Assembly: GCA_004431415.1 (NCBI GenBank)
Contig: QPMI01000161.1
Location: 1-64,000, forward strand
Reading direction: 5' to 3'
DNA: 64,000 nt
Origin: Cyanophora paradoxa CCMP329
Lineage: Eukaryota; Plantae; Glaucophyta
The translations under genes and the position numbers were made by a program. Each line of letters begins with the position of its first letter. Position 1 is the first letter of the stretch. The notes beneath the pieces were generated by a model, which was given only the letters and a program-made list of their open reading frames with translations, was not told the DNA's origin and searched no databases. Positions 1 to 13,315 of the stretch are shown here, in pieces.

Positions 1-2884
1 GAGCGACGTCGAGGTCCTCTGCGAGGTCCGCCCCACGCCGCCGAGCCCGCCCCGCCATCCAGCCTCCACCCGCCAGCATCCGCCTCCGCCATCCAGCGCC
101 CCCTGCCCCTCACCTTCTCCCTCCCCCCGAGGGCTCCCCCTAGCATCCATGCGGGATCGCGGGGTCGCCGGCCGCCGGGGGCGGCGCTGACGCGGACCGC
201 CGCCCTCCTCGCAGGACGTGGTGGCGCTGGTGTCGGCCCGGATGGCGGCCGGGACGGAGGCGGCGTGCCTCGTCGACCCCGTCGTGCCCCGCCTCCTCGT
301 CGCCGACCCCACCCGCCTCCGCCAGTGCCTCCTCAACGTCCGCCACAGCGCGCGAGCGCGACTCGCGCCTCGCGAGGGCCCCTCCTGACGGGGCGCCGGC
401 GCAGCTCATGAGTAACGCGGCCAAGTTCACGCGGCGGGGACACGTGCTCCTCGCCTGCGAGCTGGCTGAGGCGCATGCGGGCCCCCCGGCCCCCTCCTCC
501 TCCTTCCTCGTCAAGTTCTCCGTCCAGGGCCCGCTCCCTCGCCCCCCTCCCTCCCTCCCCTCCTCCCCTCCTGCCCTCTCTGAGGCGGGGCGCAGACACG
601 GGGCAGGGGATCGCCCCCGAGGTCCTCCCGACCCTCTTCCAGCCCTACGTCCAGGTCCCTCCTCCCTCCCGCCCCGCCCCGCCCGGCGCGGGGCCTCGCT
701 CGCCCTGAGAGCCTCGCGCTCGCTCGCAGGCCTCCTCGTCGACGACGCGCACGCACGGCGGCACCGGCGCGCCCCTCCCCTCCCCTCCCCGAGGCCCCCG
801 CCCCCCCCTCACCCCCGCCCTCCCGCCAGGCCTCGGGCTGGCGATCGTGAAGCGGCTGGCGGGGAGCATGGGGGGCACCTGCGGGGTGGAGTCCGAGCTC
901 GGCGTCGGCTCCACCTTCTGGTTCACCGTCCGCGCCGAGGCCGCGCCCGAGGAGGCGCAGCCCGTGCCGCTGGCGCTGCAGCTGCAGGCCGCGTGCGAGG
1001 AGAGCGGCGCCCGCCCCCGCTTCCTCCTCGTCGGCCTCAGCGACCTCGCCGAGCGCCGCCTGCGGCAGATCGCCGCCGGCGTCGAGATGCGCGCGTGGGG
1101 CTCCTGCGCCGCCGCCGCCGCCGCCCTCGGGGAGCTCGCTGGGCTGGAGGGCGGGGAGGGGGCGGTGCTCTTCGTGGGGGCGGGGGCGGCGGGGGAGGCG
1201 GAGGGGGAGCCCCTCGAGGCCCTCCTCGACGCCCTCCACGCCGCCGGCGCCGCCCCGCGCGCGGCCCTCGTCACCGAGGCCGCCGCCCCGCGGGGCCCCC
1301 CCGCCCGCCCCCTCTTCGACTTCGCCGCCCGCCTCCGCAAGCCCCTCCGCCGCGCCCAGGTGCCCCGCCCCTCCACCCCGCCTCCCCCGTCTCCCCCCCG
1401 CCCGCCTCTAGAGCCTGGCTGCCTGACGTGCCCCCGGGGCGGCCCGCTGCGCCCCTCATCGTGCCCGCCAGGTGGTCGACTGCGTCCTCTACCTCGTCGC
1501 CGACCGCGGGCCCCCGCCGGCGCCCCCTCCCGCCCCCTCCCCGGCCCCGACCCCCGCGCCCTCTCCCGCCGGCCCTCCCTGCACGCCGCCGGCCCGCCGC
1601 CCTGCGCCCTCGAGCGCCGCGGCTCGCGCTCGCTGCGCCGCCCCTCCCTCGCCTCGGGCGCCTCGGCGGAGGGCGGCGGGAGCAGCAGCAGCCGCCGCAG
1701 TATGCGGCGCCCTGGCTCGAGCGGCGCGGCTCGGCGGCGAGCTCCGCCTCGGGGGACACGGGAGCCCGCGGGCGCGGCGCCCCTCCTCCCCTTCCTCACC
1801 TTCACCGCCGCCCCGGCCCCGCCTCCGCGGCCGCCGGCGAGGCCCGCTCCGCGTCGCCCCTCGCCCTCGCCGCCGCCCGGGGGCCGGCGGGCGAGCCCCG
1901 GGAAGGAGGCGGCGGGGGCGGCGGGGGCGGGCGGGAGGCCCGAGGGCGCCGCCGCCTCAGCCTCGCGCCCCCTCGTGCTCCTCTGCGAGGACCAGGTGCG
2001 CCCTCGAGGCTGCTCAGGGGGGCCCCGGGGAGGCGGGCCCTAGAAGAATTCTCGGGCGAGAGTTGGCCGGCTGGAGCTAGCTCGCTCGCTAACGAGGGGC
2101 GGGGAGGCAAACCGCTGCGCGTGCTCTCTGCCGGCGCGTCCCGCGCCGAGGGCCGGGGCGCGCAGGCGACGAACGCGCTGGTGGCGACGCGCTTCCTCTC
2201 GAAGCTCGGCTTCGCGGTGCTGCACGCCGCCAACGGGCGCGACGGCCTCGCCCTCTGGCGCCAGCGCCGCGCCGAGCTCGCCTGCGTCCTCATGGCCCGC
2301 CCTGCCCCGCCCCGCCCCTTCCCCCGCCTCCTCCACCTCTGCTGACCGCCCTCGCCCCGCCGCCCTTCGCCCGAGCAGGACTGCCAGATGCCGGTGATGG
2401 ACGGCGCGCCCCCTCCCCCCTCCCCCCCCCCCCCCTCCCCCCAACATCTGAGGCGGGCGGGCTCTGCGCCGCAGGCTGGGAGGCGACGGGGGCGATGCGG
2501 GAGGAGGCGGGGGAGGGGGGGCCCCCCGTCATCGCCCTCACCGCCGGCGTCACCGCCCACGAGGTCCCCGCCCCGCTCCCCCCAGAGTCTTCACTTGATT
2601 AGTCTTCGCCGAGGCCCTTCCATAAGAGGGCCCCATGGTAGGAAAGGGACGTCGGGGCGGGGCGCTGACGGGGGGGCGGCAGGTGGAGCGCTGCCTCCAG
2701 GCCGGCATGGTCGACGTCCTCTCCAAGGCGCCCGCACCCCCGCCCCGCCCCGCCCCTCTCCAGCTCGAGGCTCACCGGCCCTCGCCGGCGCGCGCAGCCC
2801 CTCGTGCTCGCCGAGCTCAAGGCCAAGCTCGCCGCCCACTGCCCCCGCACCCCCGGCCCCGGCCCCGGCCCCGGCGCTGCCTGA
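1..2884 (+). CDS. Hybrid sensor histidine kinase (HATPase_c plus C-terminal receiver), multi-exon, 5' part outside window
   Basis: Exons give LMSNAAKFT (N box), DTGQGI..LFQPYVQ (G1/F), [24 protein letters not shown] (G2), and receiver [37 protein letters not shown]; TGA at 2882-2884. Confidence 0.9.
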
Positions 2885-3802
2885 TCGCCATCGTGCCGCA
2901 CCGCTCCGGCCCCGGCCCAGCCCCTCGCCCCCTCCCCTAGGCCCCCCCTCGTTATTCGCGTACACTTAAGGCTAACTTACTGCAAGGTCAACGTCAACTA
3001 ACTTCAGTTTGCTACCCCGGCCCCTTGCGGTCTCTCCTGATCTCGTATCCACAAACTTGCTTAGCTACGCCCTTACTTTACTTTACTTAGCAGTGGAGTA
3101 ATCTGCTTAAATTCAATGATTAGCGGTGGAGAGATCATGATTTGCTTGCGTTGGCAGTGGATTACTTGGACGAAAAAAAAAACGCGTGGACCGTCGGGCA
3201 AGATTTCTTTAGCGTGGCGTGAATTGATTTTAAGCTAAGCCTGCAGGCTCACATGCCAACACTCATGCTCAATATTGAAATGAAAAACGTTCAAAATGCT
3301 GCTAATTATAAATTATAAATGTTGACCGGACCGTCGGACAGCTACCGTAGTACCAGGCTGAAGTGCCACCGTGGCACGCCGTGACGGTGACGACATGCGC
3401 AGCCTATAGCTAGCCTAGTAGGCCTGCGCAATCTGTGAGGCTGTGCCACGGTGCTGCCAGGCTGCAGCTCAGCGGCTCGGCTGGCAGCTGGCAGGCACCG
3501 AGGACCGGGGCGGCTCGAAACTTGAAACGTCCCCTTCGGACTCGTCCGGGACGCCGTGAGGGCACCCGGGACCCGCAAACTCGGACATCTTACGTTAAAG
3601 TTACGTATACTGTCTTGCCAAGTTGATCTTGATGAACTCGGAACCGCTGAACGGAACCGCTAACGTTGAACCGTTGAACCTTCAGCGCTTGAGAGGCTTG
3701 AGAAGCTTCACTGTACATGTTCAAGGATTTAGACTCTGGATCTCAATCGTTGAGATCTAGATCTAGACATTTACCCTCATTAAATTCCGAATTACCTACA
3801 AT

Positions 3803-3826
3803 AACAACAACAACAACAACAACAAC
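3803..3826. repeat. (AAC)8 microsatellite (also in copy 2 near 12860)
   Basis: Direct reading. Confidence 0.9.
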
Positions 3827-4257
3827 CGTTGAACCTCGCGAGCCTCGGAGCCGACACCCGCGGGCCCGGGGCGGCGGCGGGGTATAAACGTGTGCGTAGC
3901 AACCGGCTGGCCATGGCCATGGGCGGGCAGCTTGCAAGCATGGGCAGCCGCTGAGCCTGACAGTCGAAAGTTGCGATTGGGTGCCGGTGCCTCGGCGGCC
4001 ACGTCAACCGCGTCGACCAGCTGCAGGCAGCGACCGGTACCCGGCGTGACCGTCACCGGCCGCGGCCGCAGCCGAGGGGCGGCGGCTGAACCTCGGAGAA
4101 TTCCGAGGAAATCGGGCTCGGGGGGCCCAAAGGAGGCGCGAGTGGACCCCGCTGCTTTCGCGCGGATCCGGTGCCACGATGCTGCCGCTGCTGCCGCCAT
4201 TTGCAAGGGGAGGGCGCCGGACGCTGCCGCCGCCCGCCGGTCGAGATCGGGGCGGCG

Positions 4258-5993
4258 CTAGAGGCGGGCGCGGGAGCGGTGGGCGGGGTCGCGGGGGCGT
4301 GGGCGAGGAAGGCGGCGAGGACGGCGAGGCCGCGCCAGGCCTCCGGGAGGAACGGCACCAGCACGGGGAAGACGTGGAACATCCCCGCCACACCTGCCGC
4401 CCCGCGCCCCGCCCGCGCCCCCGTCAGCCAGGCCTCGCGAGCCGGCGAGCTCACGCCTCGGCTTAGGCCTTGGGGGCCGGCGCGCCTGCAGCTCGACCTG
4501 GACGCCTGCGTGCCGGGCGCGGGCCGTGAACGAGTCGGAGTCCCGAGCAGGCACTGCGCATCAGCATTCCCGAATCAGTGAGAGAGAGGCCGCTAGCGCC
4601 GCGAGGGGACAGCGGCGCCGGCACCTCCTCGGACCCACCATGACTAGGCAGGGGGTAGGCCGTGCAGGGCCGCGAGACGGCCGGCATGTCTTCGGGCGTG
4701 AAGGGACGCCCAGGATCACGGGGCGAGGTGCTTGGACATGACTGCGCGCGGGGGCGGGTTCAAAATTAAATCAGTGACTCAGTGATCATGAGGCCTTCGG
4801 AAGGGACGAGGCTAGGCGGGCGGGCGGGGGAGGGGGGGGGGGGGGGGGGGGGCCGGGCGGGCACCGGCGTCGATCATGGGGTCGCGGCGGTTCATCTCGG
4901 CGCTCCACGTGTCCCCTCGCACCGGAAGTCGATCCACGGCGACAGCAGCGCCGCCCCTGCCCCGCCCCGCGCCCGCGTCGGAGGGAGGAAGGCGCGGAGC
5001 TCGGGCGCGGGCGGACCGGCGGGAGGGTACGCCTTGTCGCGCAAGAGGACGAGCAGGTGCGCTGCGAGGCCTGCGGGCGGTCGGAGGCGGGACGGGGGCG
5101 GGGACAGGGGCGGGGGCGGGCGGGGCGGACCGGCGCCGGCGGAGTCGCCGGCGAAGAGGATGTCGGCGGGGGCGACGGCGGCGCCGGCGGGGTCGACGAG
5201 GTGCTCGTAGGCGCGCTCCGCGTCGTCCAGCTGCGCCGGCCACCGGTGCTCCGGCGCCCACCGGTAGTCCACCGCGAACACCCGCGCCCCCGCTGCCCGC
5301 CCCGGCCTGAGCCGCGTACCCCCCCACCGGCACACAAGTCGGGCGGGGTACCCTGCTGGGCGAGGTGCGCGAGGAAGAAGGCGTAGTCCTTGGGCCGGTT
5401 GGCGATGAGGCCGCCGCCGTGGAGGAAGAAGACGACGCGGCTGCCGTGGGGCCCCTTCGGGACGACCCACGTCGCGCCCCACGTCTCACAGGAGTCCCCC
5501 GCTGCAGGATCGAACTCGTACTCCTGCGCAAGAGGCGGCGAGTGCGCGTTGGGTCAAGCCGGGGCCGGGCGCGCGCATGCACTCGCACGCACGGGATAAG
5601 GCTTGTGAACGATGAAGTCGCAGAGGGGCGGGGGCGCGGGCAGGAGCCAGCCGAGGGAGTGGAACTTGCGGCGGGCCTCGCGCCAGCTTCCCGCCGGGAT
5701 CTTCACGAGCCAGAGCTGCCGAATGAAGGCCCGCGCCTGCAGGGAGAGCTCCAGCTCAACCTCGTCGCCGTGCTGCCGCCGCCCCCGGCCCCCCCGCGCG
5801 CGGGGCCGCCTCAGCGACGTCGCACGTGCCGGCGACGAAACGAGGCTACCTTTGCTATCGTCTCGCCGCGGCCGCGCTTCGGTTCACGGCCGGGCGCCGC
5901 CGTGGCCGTCCGGCGCCGCACGAGGTCCAGCGCCGCCTCGAAGCCGGCAAAGCCGAACGTGATGAGCCGCAGCGCCACGAACAGCGCGTACAT
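4258..5993 (-). CDS. HSL-family alpha/beta hydrolase (esterase/lipase), multi-exon, copy 1
   Basis: FFLHGGG, VDYRWAPEHRWPAQLDDA, GDSAG, LLSPWID, GMFHVFP motifs; C-terminus ..SRARL*. Confidence 0.88.
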
Positions 5994-6219
5994 GTCCGCC
6001 GAGGCGCTCGTTCGAGTCCAGCGCGCCGCCGGCCGCGAGCGACCGAGCGACCGCGAGTTGATCACTGCGGGCGGTTAGCTGGGTGCTGGGCTGCAAACGG
6101 AAGAGAAGAACCGGATCGCCCAGGCGTATGCTACGCACACCGGCGCAAGCACCAAGCAACAGGTCGATGCGCGGGGGTATAGCGCGCGCCGGCGTTGGAC
6201 GGGTACATTCAGCCCAAAC

Positions 6220-7680
6220 ATGGCGACCCAGGCCCTCACCTCCCGCGAGGAGGACATCCAGAAGATGCTGGCTGCCCAGGTTCACCTGGGCACCAAGAAC
6301 CTGGACTTCCAGATGGCTCGTTACGTCTGGAAGCGTCGCTCCGACGGTGCGATCCCGACCCTCGCGCCGCTTCCTCGGGGACAGCAGCCAGCCGAATTCG
6401 CTAGGATAGTGTTTTGCTAGCTTCTGCATCACGTAGCAGCGCACCGGCCAGCCCGTGCACGCGAGAGCGGCGATCGCATAGCGTGTTCGGGCTCCCGCCA
6501 GCCGCGCCGTCGCTGCGCGGGAGCTTATGCGATGCTGTTCGAATGGTGCAGGTGTCCACATCATCAACATCGGCAAGACCTACGAGAAGCTGATGCTGGC
6601 GGCCCGCATCATCGTGGCCATCGAGAACCCGCAGGACGTCTGCGTGATCTCGGCCCGCCCCTACGGCCAGCGCGCGGTCCTCAAGTTCTCGCACTACACT
6701 GGCGCTCAGTGCATCGCCGGCCGCTACACCCCGGGCACTTTCACCAATCAGATCCAGGCCAAGTTCATGGAGCCGCGCCTCCTGATCGTGACCGACCCCC
6801 GCACCGACCTCCAGGTTTGTTTCTGTCGTCGAGCGGGCCCGCGCGGGAGGCGCAACGCCCGGGGCGCGCGGGAGATCAGCTTAAGACATGAGGATCTTCT
6901 TATCGCCCTGCTTTCTCACGGCGCTTTCTTTCGCCGCGCAGTCGATCCGCGAGTCGTCCTTCGCCAACATCCCGGTCATCGCTTTCTGCGACACTGACTC
7001 GCCCATCCGGTTTGCCCAGCAACGCCCTCGCATCTGTCGCGCGCTCATGCGCTCGCTCTAGCTGGGTCGACCTCGCCATCCCGGCGAACAACAAGGGCAA
7101 GTACGCCATCGGCCTGCTCTACCACCTCCTCGCCCGCGAGGTCCTCCGCCTCCGCGGTCCGCGCCACCGCCCTGCCGCTTTCCTTCCCCGCCGACGAGGC
7201 CCGCGCAGGCACCATCTCGCGCTCGCAGCCGTGGGACGTCATGGTCGACCTCTTCTTCTACCGCGAGCCCGAGGAGGCCGAGAAGGTCGAGGCCGAGAAG
7301 CTCGAGTTCCCCGAGGAGGGTGCGCCGCCTCCGCTCACGCTCGCGCGCTCGCCTTCCCCTTGGGACCCGCATCCCCTTTTTGCAGTGAAGCTGATGCGAA
7401 TCGCGCAGGCTACCGCGCTCCGGCTGCCACCTCCTGGGACGGCGCCGCCGTTGCCGAGCCCACCGGCGAGTGGGGCGCGGCCGCTCCCACTGGTGAGTCT
7501 CGCCCCCTCGTCTCCTCTCGAGGCCCTCGTGATCGAATCGGCGCAACAGGCGAGTGGGGCGCTGCTGCTCCCACCGGCGAGTGGGGCGCTGAGGCCGCGG
7601 CTGCCCCGGCCGCCACCTGGGACTCGGCTGCCGCCGCTCCGGGCTGGGACCAGGCTGCCGCCGTCCCCCAGTACCAGTAA
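6220..7680 (+). CDS. RPSA: 40S ribosomal protein SA (uS2), multi-exon, copy 1
   Basis: [78 protein letters not shown]; GT-AG introns join the exons; EWGA-repeat tail. Confidence 0.97.
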
Positions 7681-8192
7681 TTGCACTTCTCTGGAGTGTC
7701 CCTCGCGCAGACTGGGCGCCATCATCCATAGATGCAGATCGGTCCCCACGGACCCCTGCAGCTTCCACATCCAGTGCAGTGCCTTCAAGGGCTGTGTTCG
7801 AATCAATGGGCTGATTCTCTTCGATCCGCGTATCACTCCATCCCCGCGTCCCGGCACAGGCCCACAGCACATGCCGCAGTGCCTATCAAGATCTGTAGAT
7901 CCACTCCCTCCGATCCGCCACTCCTGCGCATGCAATCCCAGAGCTTCGAAAGGCAGACGCGTACGGGGCCCCCGCGGCCTAGCTTGAGCCTCGACTGCAC
8001 ATTCACCGGTACCAGGCCCTTCAGCTGCGGGGCAGCTTGCGGGGAGCCGGAGCCATGGGGGATGCGCCTTGATCCCTGAATTTAAATGCAACCAAGATAG
8101 AAAAGCGAGGTGCAAGGCGTGGCATCGGCGCGTCTGCACCAACAACGCAGACAATACGCCCACGAGAAAAACGCGCAAAGTTTTGAATGATA

Positions 8193-9790
8193 CTATTTGG
8201 AAACTACTGTATAGCTACATGCCAAAAAAGAAGTGAAGATGCGGGGTAGAAAGAGCAGGGTTGTCCACGACCCGTTGCAAGCGGGTGTGTCGATGGCCGG
8301 GGTGGCCGGCGCGGAGCTGGGGGAAAGTTGGAGTTCGGCAGCTGGCGGAGTGGCGGGCAGAGGGGGCGAACGCCGACACGAAGCCGGGGGCGGGCGCAAA
8401 TGTTGCTGCCGTGGAGGCGGGGGCGCCAGAGTTGCCTTTTCACGCCTGCTGAGACGGAGAGGCGGTGGTCTCCTGGACGGCGGGAAACGATGCAGCGGAA
8501 GTTGGCGGCGCGGGGTGCGCGGCGGCGTGCGATTCGGCGGGCTGCGCAGCGGCAGGCTGGGGCGCGACAGGCTGCGGGGAGGCCGGCTGCGGGACGGCCG
8601 GCTGGGGCGCGACAGGCTGCAGGGACGCCGGCTGCGGGTCCGGCTGGGGGTAACGGGCCGCGGGGCGGCCGGCTGGGGCGCGACAGGCTGCGGGGGGGCA
8701 GGCTGCGGCACGACAGGCTGCGGGGACGCCGGCTGCGGGACGGCCGGCTGGGAGGCAACGGGCTGCGGGGCGGCATGCTGAAGCGCGACAGGCTGCGGGG
8801 ACGCCGGCTGCGGGACGGCCAGCTGGGGGGCAACGGGCTGCGGGGCGGCCGGCTGGGGCGCGACAGGCTGCGGGGAGGCCGGCGGCGGTGCGAGGGGCCG
8901 CGGAACGGTGTGCTGTGCGGCGAAGGGATGCGCGGCGAAAGGCTGTGGGGAGAAGGGCGGAACGGCGGCTGTCTGCGGAGCGGCTGGCTGCGGGGCCGCG
9001 GGCTGCTGAAGGGCCGCAGAAAGGGGAGCGGGGTAATGGCCGGCGGGATATGTGGCAGAGGGTTGCAGGGGAGTAGGGTATAGGGAGGCAGGGTGCGTGG
9101 CGGCGGGAGGCAAAGCGGCGGGCTGCTGGACGGCGGGTTGGGCTCCAGAAAGCCGCTGGCGCTTGTACCAGCGCTGCCGCGCCTTCTCCAATACCTCCTC
9201 CTTCTTCTGGATGGCCTCCGGATCGCCCTTCGCCACCTGCAGCTCAAGGTGCTGCCGCAGTTTCCGCATCCGCGCCTTGGCCGCCGCTCGCCTGGCCTCC
9301 TGTTTCGCCGGCCGCGTGGCCTCCCGCTCAGCCGCCCGTTCTGCCGCACGCGCGGCACGGCCGCCTTCTTGTCTGAGCGCCCCTTTGCCTGCCGCGCCGC
9401 CTCGTCCGCGGTCTGAGGCATAGCCGCGGTGGTTGAGTTCCCCTCCTCGCTGCTAGTCAGTGTCGGAATACATTGCGCTGCCGCTGCTGAGCTTGATGAT
9501 GCAGAATTCACGAATTGCATCGGCCGGAACGCTTCCTTCTTTGCTTGCTCGTCCGCCCGCGCCGCGCGAGCCCTCTCACGCTTCCCGGACAGCCGCTGCC
9601 GCGCCTCCGCTCGTGCCGAACGTGCCGCAGCCTGTCGCTGCTCTTCCGTTTGCGGCTGCTGTTCCTCCGTTTGCGGCCGCTCCCACTCTGCTGTCGGTGC
9701 AATGGTCGAAGTCCCGTCCTCGGCGGCGCCGCGCGGCAGCACAGAAACGTAGATTTCCGCTGTTTTGCTTGTTGCGCCCTCGTCCGCCAT
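8193..9790 (-). CDS. Hypothetical protein with a basic/coiled region and Pro/Gln-rich (QPAAP/QPVAP) repeats, copy 1
   Basis: MADEGATSK.. read by joining ORFs 8204-9886 and 8193-9269 across apparent indels; copy 2 has the N-terminal part in one frame. Confidence 0.55.
8540..8885. repeat. 15/30-bp coding minisatellite (GGCTGCGGG.. units)
   Basis: About 20 imperfect tandem units; also at ~17615-17955. Confidence 0.85.
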
Positions 9791-10558
9791 CCCGCCAGCT
9801 CTGGGCGAGGCCGAAATCCTAGGGAACGGCCGCGCGGCCGGAACTTCGAGAAAGACGAGAACAAAGTCGGGGGGTAGTAAGCTCACTTCGTTCGTCGAGA
9901 CCAGTCTTTCAAATATGCGTACTTCTTACGCGCTGGCTGGCGCATCTGGATTGCGCAACCCCTGTGTCTACGAGCGCCCGGGTTCGTTCTGGCACCGCGC
10001 TGTGCCCGCGCGCCGTCCCGGCGCAAGCGCCGCATTTGTTTGTTTGCGCCGTCGGGCCGCCGATTCGAGCGCGCCGGGCCTAGCGCGGTGCTAGCGTGAT
10101 CTGCAGGACTGCATGATTGCTTCCTGGGCGGTTGCACCGCGCGCCGTGTCGCGATGACCACCTCCCCTCTCCCCAGCCGTGCTGCGCGGTTGCGGCCTCT
10201 GCTGGCGCTTATGCGGGGCTGCTAGGCCAACCGAGACGCGTCTTCATGTATTTCTGACGGTTCCTGCGCAGCGGCTCAATTCTTTTTCGACGCGTCCGAA
10301 ATCTGGTACAGCCACTGGTCAGCGCCAATGACGCATCACAACGCACACGGTGAGTCGTTCTGGCGCTGTCTGGCATCCATTTCCTAATCCAGCGGGGCTG
10401 CGTCCGGGCCAGAGCCCGACACTCCGCCGGCATCCGGCCCCGTCTCGGCGGACAGGCCCCAGGCGCCGCTGGACCGCGACGCTCTCCTTGCAGAAATCCT
10501 CTCGTGCGCAAGTTTGACGTATTCCTCTTCTCCCAGTTGGTCTCCGCTCATTCGCTCC

Positions 10559-12350
10559 ATGCATGTGGTCGGGCCTCAGGTTGCCCCGCTGGAAGAAAAA
10601 TCGTGCGCGCCCGCTATTTCCACCAAAACCCCTTCTGAAGCAGTCGCTAACCTTCTTTCGACGAGCAGGGACGTACTACATGAAGGTGACAGCGCACCGT
10701 CGCCCGCGCTGCTCGGCGACGCGAACGCTCGCTCACATAACCGCGCGATCAAATCTTCCGCAGAAGTATAACCTCACGCAGGTGAGCGCCTTAGCGCGGG
10801 CTCCTCTCGCTCGCGCCTCTCCGACTCACGTCGCGGCAGCTGGAGAGTTTGAGTGACGACCAGCTGCGGGACCTGGCCAAGCGCCTGTCTCTCGTCGAGA
10901 TCCCCATCGTCGGTGGCGAGAGCGGTGCTTATCTGCGCCGTGCCCGTTTCGCTACCGCTGCGCTGTAGCCGCTGACTGCGCGCAGAGGAGGTGATGAGCG
11001 ACAGGACGAACGCCACGCGGCGGCGCGGGTCTGAGGACCTGGCGATGTGGGCCGGCACCGGGACGACCCCAAGCACGCGCACGCGCCACGCCTCTGGCCG
11101 GCCCTCCGAGACCACCGCGAAGAGTGCGCCCGGATCCCGCACACTTCCTTCCTCTTCCCTCCGCCCGCTCAGCTCCCCGCGCCAGAGAGCCGGCGAACGC
11201 CGCTGGATCTGCTCACGCAGGTGGCCGACGAGGCGCTCGAGCGGCTGCAGCAGGAGGAGATGGAGGTCCACCGCACCGGCGCCGCGTCCGTGCCTCGCCG
11301 CCTCTTCGCTGCACCGAGCGCTGCGCTGAGCGCGCGTGCGCAGGGAGGGCCCCCCGTCGTCGGCAGACTCGACCATGACGGAGGCGTCTCCGCTGGAGGC
11401 GAGCAGCCCGCAGCACAGCGACCGCGAGGGGGCCGCCGGCAACAGCCCGCCCTACACGCCCGACGGCCGCCCGCCCGCGCGCCCTCTCCGGGCCGCACCG
11501 GCACGCTCACCGCGCGGGCCCTCCGGATGCGCGGCGAGGCCGAGGCGTGCCGCCCGCGCTGGAAGGCAGAGCCGCGCCGTGCGCACGGCCCCCGCCCTCC
11601 CGATGGGAAGCGCGGTGGCCGACGCCACGCGCAGAGAGCACACGGCGGCTCTTCGACGGGGGCGACGCCGAGAGCGAGAGCGGGTCGGACGGCTCGCCCC
11701 ACGGCGACCACGCCGGCGCCTTCGGTGCGCCCGCGCCTCGACCCGCCCGCGGGGCCGACGTGAGGGATCGCCGGGGCGCGTGGGTGCGTGCAGGCGCAGA
11801 GCGGCGGGGCTCGGTGGTGAGCCTCGCGAGCGCGGCGTCGGGCGGCTCGCCGGGGTCACCGCCGCCGGCGACGGCGGCCTCCGCTGGAAGCGTGCGCCCC
11901 GCCCGCCCCGCCCCCCGCCCCGAGCGCGTGCTCGCCGGCCGGCCTCAGCGCCCCCCGCAGTCTTCCACGAGCCGGCGTTCCAGTGCCGCAAGGAGGTCGG
12001 CGAGCGCGCGCACGTCGGTGTTTATCTCAGCGTGACGCCTCGGCGCAGGAGTTCCTCGGCCCGCTGCGCTGGGGCGCCGGCGACTCGGACCGCGCCGCCT
12101 TCGAGCGGGCCGACCTCCAGACGCGCATGACCTGGGCCCGCCTCCTCCGCCTCCCGCTCCCCGCCTTCTTCGACATGTGCGGCCCGCCCTTCTTCGCTCT
12201 GCCTTGCCTTCTCCTCAGCCCGCCTCCATTCGAGTCCAACTCTGCGCAGGTACCTGGTGGAGGGGGCGGCGGGCGCGGACCCCTCCCTCGTAGCGGCCGC
12301 CTCCCTCGCCGCAGACGGGCGCGGCGGGGCCCTCCTCGGCGCCCCCCGGC
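10559..12350 (+). CDS. Hypothetical multi-exon gene, copy 1 (structure uncertain)
   Basis: Coding-like segments bounded by GT/AG signals (..TPLDLLTQVADEALERLQQEEME; EFLGPLRWGAGDSDRAAFERADLQ..); no family recognised. Confidence 0.4.
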
Positions 12351-13315
12351 CCCGGCCCCCCGCGCAACGCTCCCCGAGCCCGCCCGTCGAGTGCTGAGCC
12401 CGCTCCCCTCGAATCGCTCGACGCTCGACCCTCTTTTTCTGCCGCCGCCTTTCTCACACATGTACAGCCTGTTTACAGCGAAGCAGCCAGTGTATAGGTC
12501 TGCAGCGAGCCGCTGCGTGCAGCTTCTTATTCGCCTTTTGTGGGCAGGTCCCGCGACCTCCATGCATATGCGACCTGTACGTGTACAGCCCCTGATTCGG
12601 AGTGTGCTTGCAATCGTTCATTGTGGTCAGCATGCTTCAATATGTCTGCGAGCTCTGTAACTATCTATATCGATATCCATCAATTCAATTGAAGCATCAA
12701 TCTCGATCATCGCGCCGCGAAAAGCTACTCGAGCACGAAAAGCGTCGCTGGCCATGGGCTATCCAAACTCGACATGTTCAAGGATTTAGACTCTGGATCT
12801 CAATCGTTGAGATCTAGATCTAGACATTTACCCTCATTAAATTCCGAATTACCTACAATAACAACAACAACAACAACAACAACCGTTGAACCTCGCGAGC
12901 CTCGGAGCCGACACCCGCGGGCCCGGGGCGGCGGCGGGGTATAAACGTGTGCGTAGCAACCGGCTGGCCATGGCCATGGGCGGGCAGCTTGCAAGCATGG
13001 GCAGCCGCTGAGCCTGACAGTCGAAAGTTGCGATTGGGTGCCGGTGCCTCGGCGGCCACGTCAACCGCGTCGACCAGCTGCAGGCAGCGACCGGTACCCG
13101 GCGTGACCGTCACCGGCCGCGGCCGCAGCCGAGGGGCGGCGGCTGAACCTCGGAGAATTCCGAGGAAATCGGGCTCGGGGGGCCCAAAGGAGGCGCGAGT
13201 GGACCCCGCTGCTTTCGCGCGGATCCGGGTGCCACGATGCTGCCGCTGCTGCCGCCATTTGCAAGGGGAGGGCGCCGGACGCTGCCGCCGCCCGCCGGTC
13301 GAGATCGGGGCGGCG

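Larger units (their letters stand above)
3715..12771. repeat. ~9.06-kb tandem duplication, copy 1
   Basis: Starts ACATGTTCAAGG, ends ATCCAAACTCG, and is repeated immediately at 12772-21840; visible differences are almost all homopolymer-length indels. Confidence 0.95.

Noticed and set aside
2885-3714. AT-richer intergenic stretch with short repeats (GGAACCGCT, GTTGAACC) as a MITE or ncRNA
   Set aside because: No terminal inverted repeats, TSD or recognisable RNA structure found.
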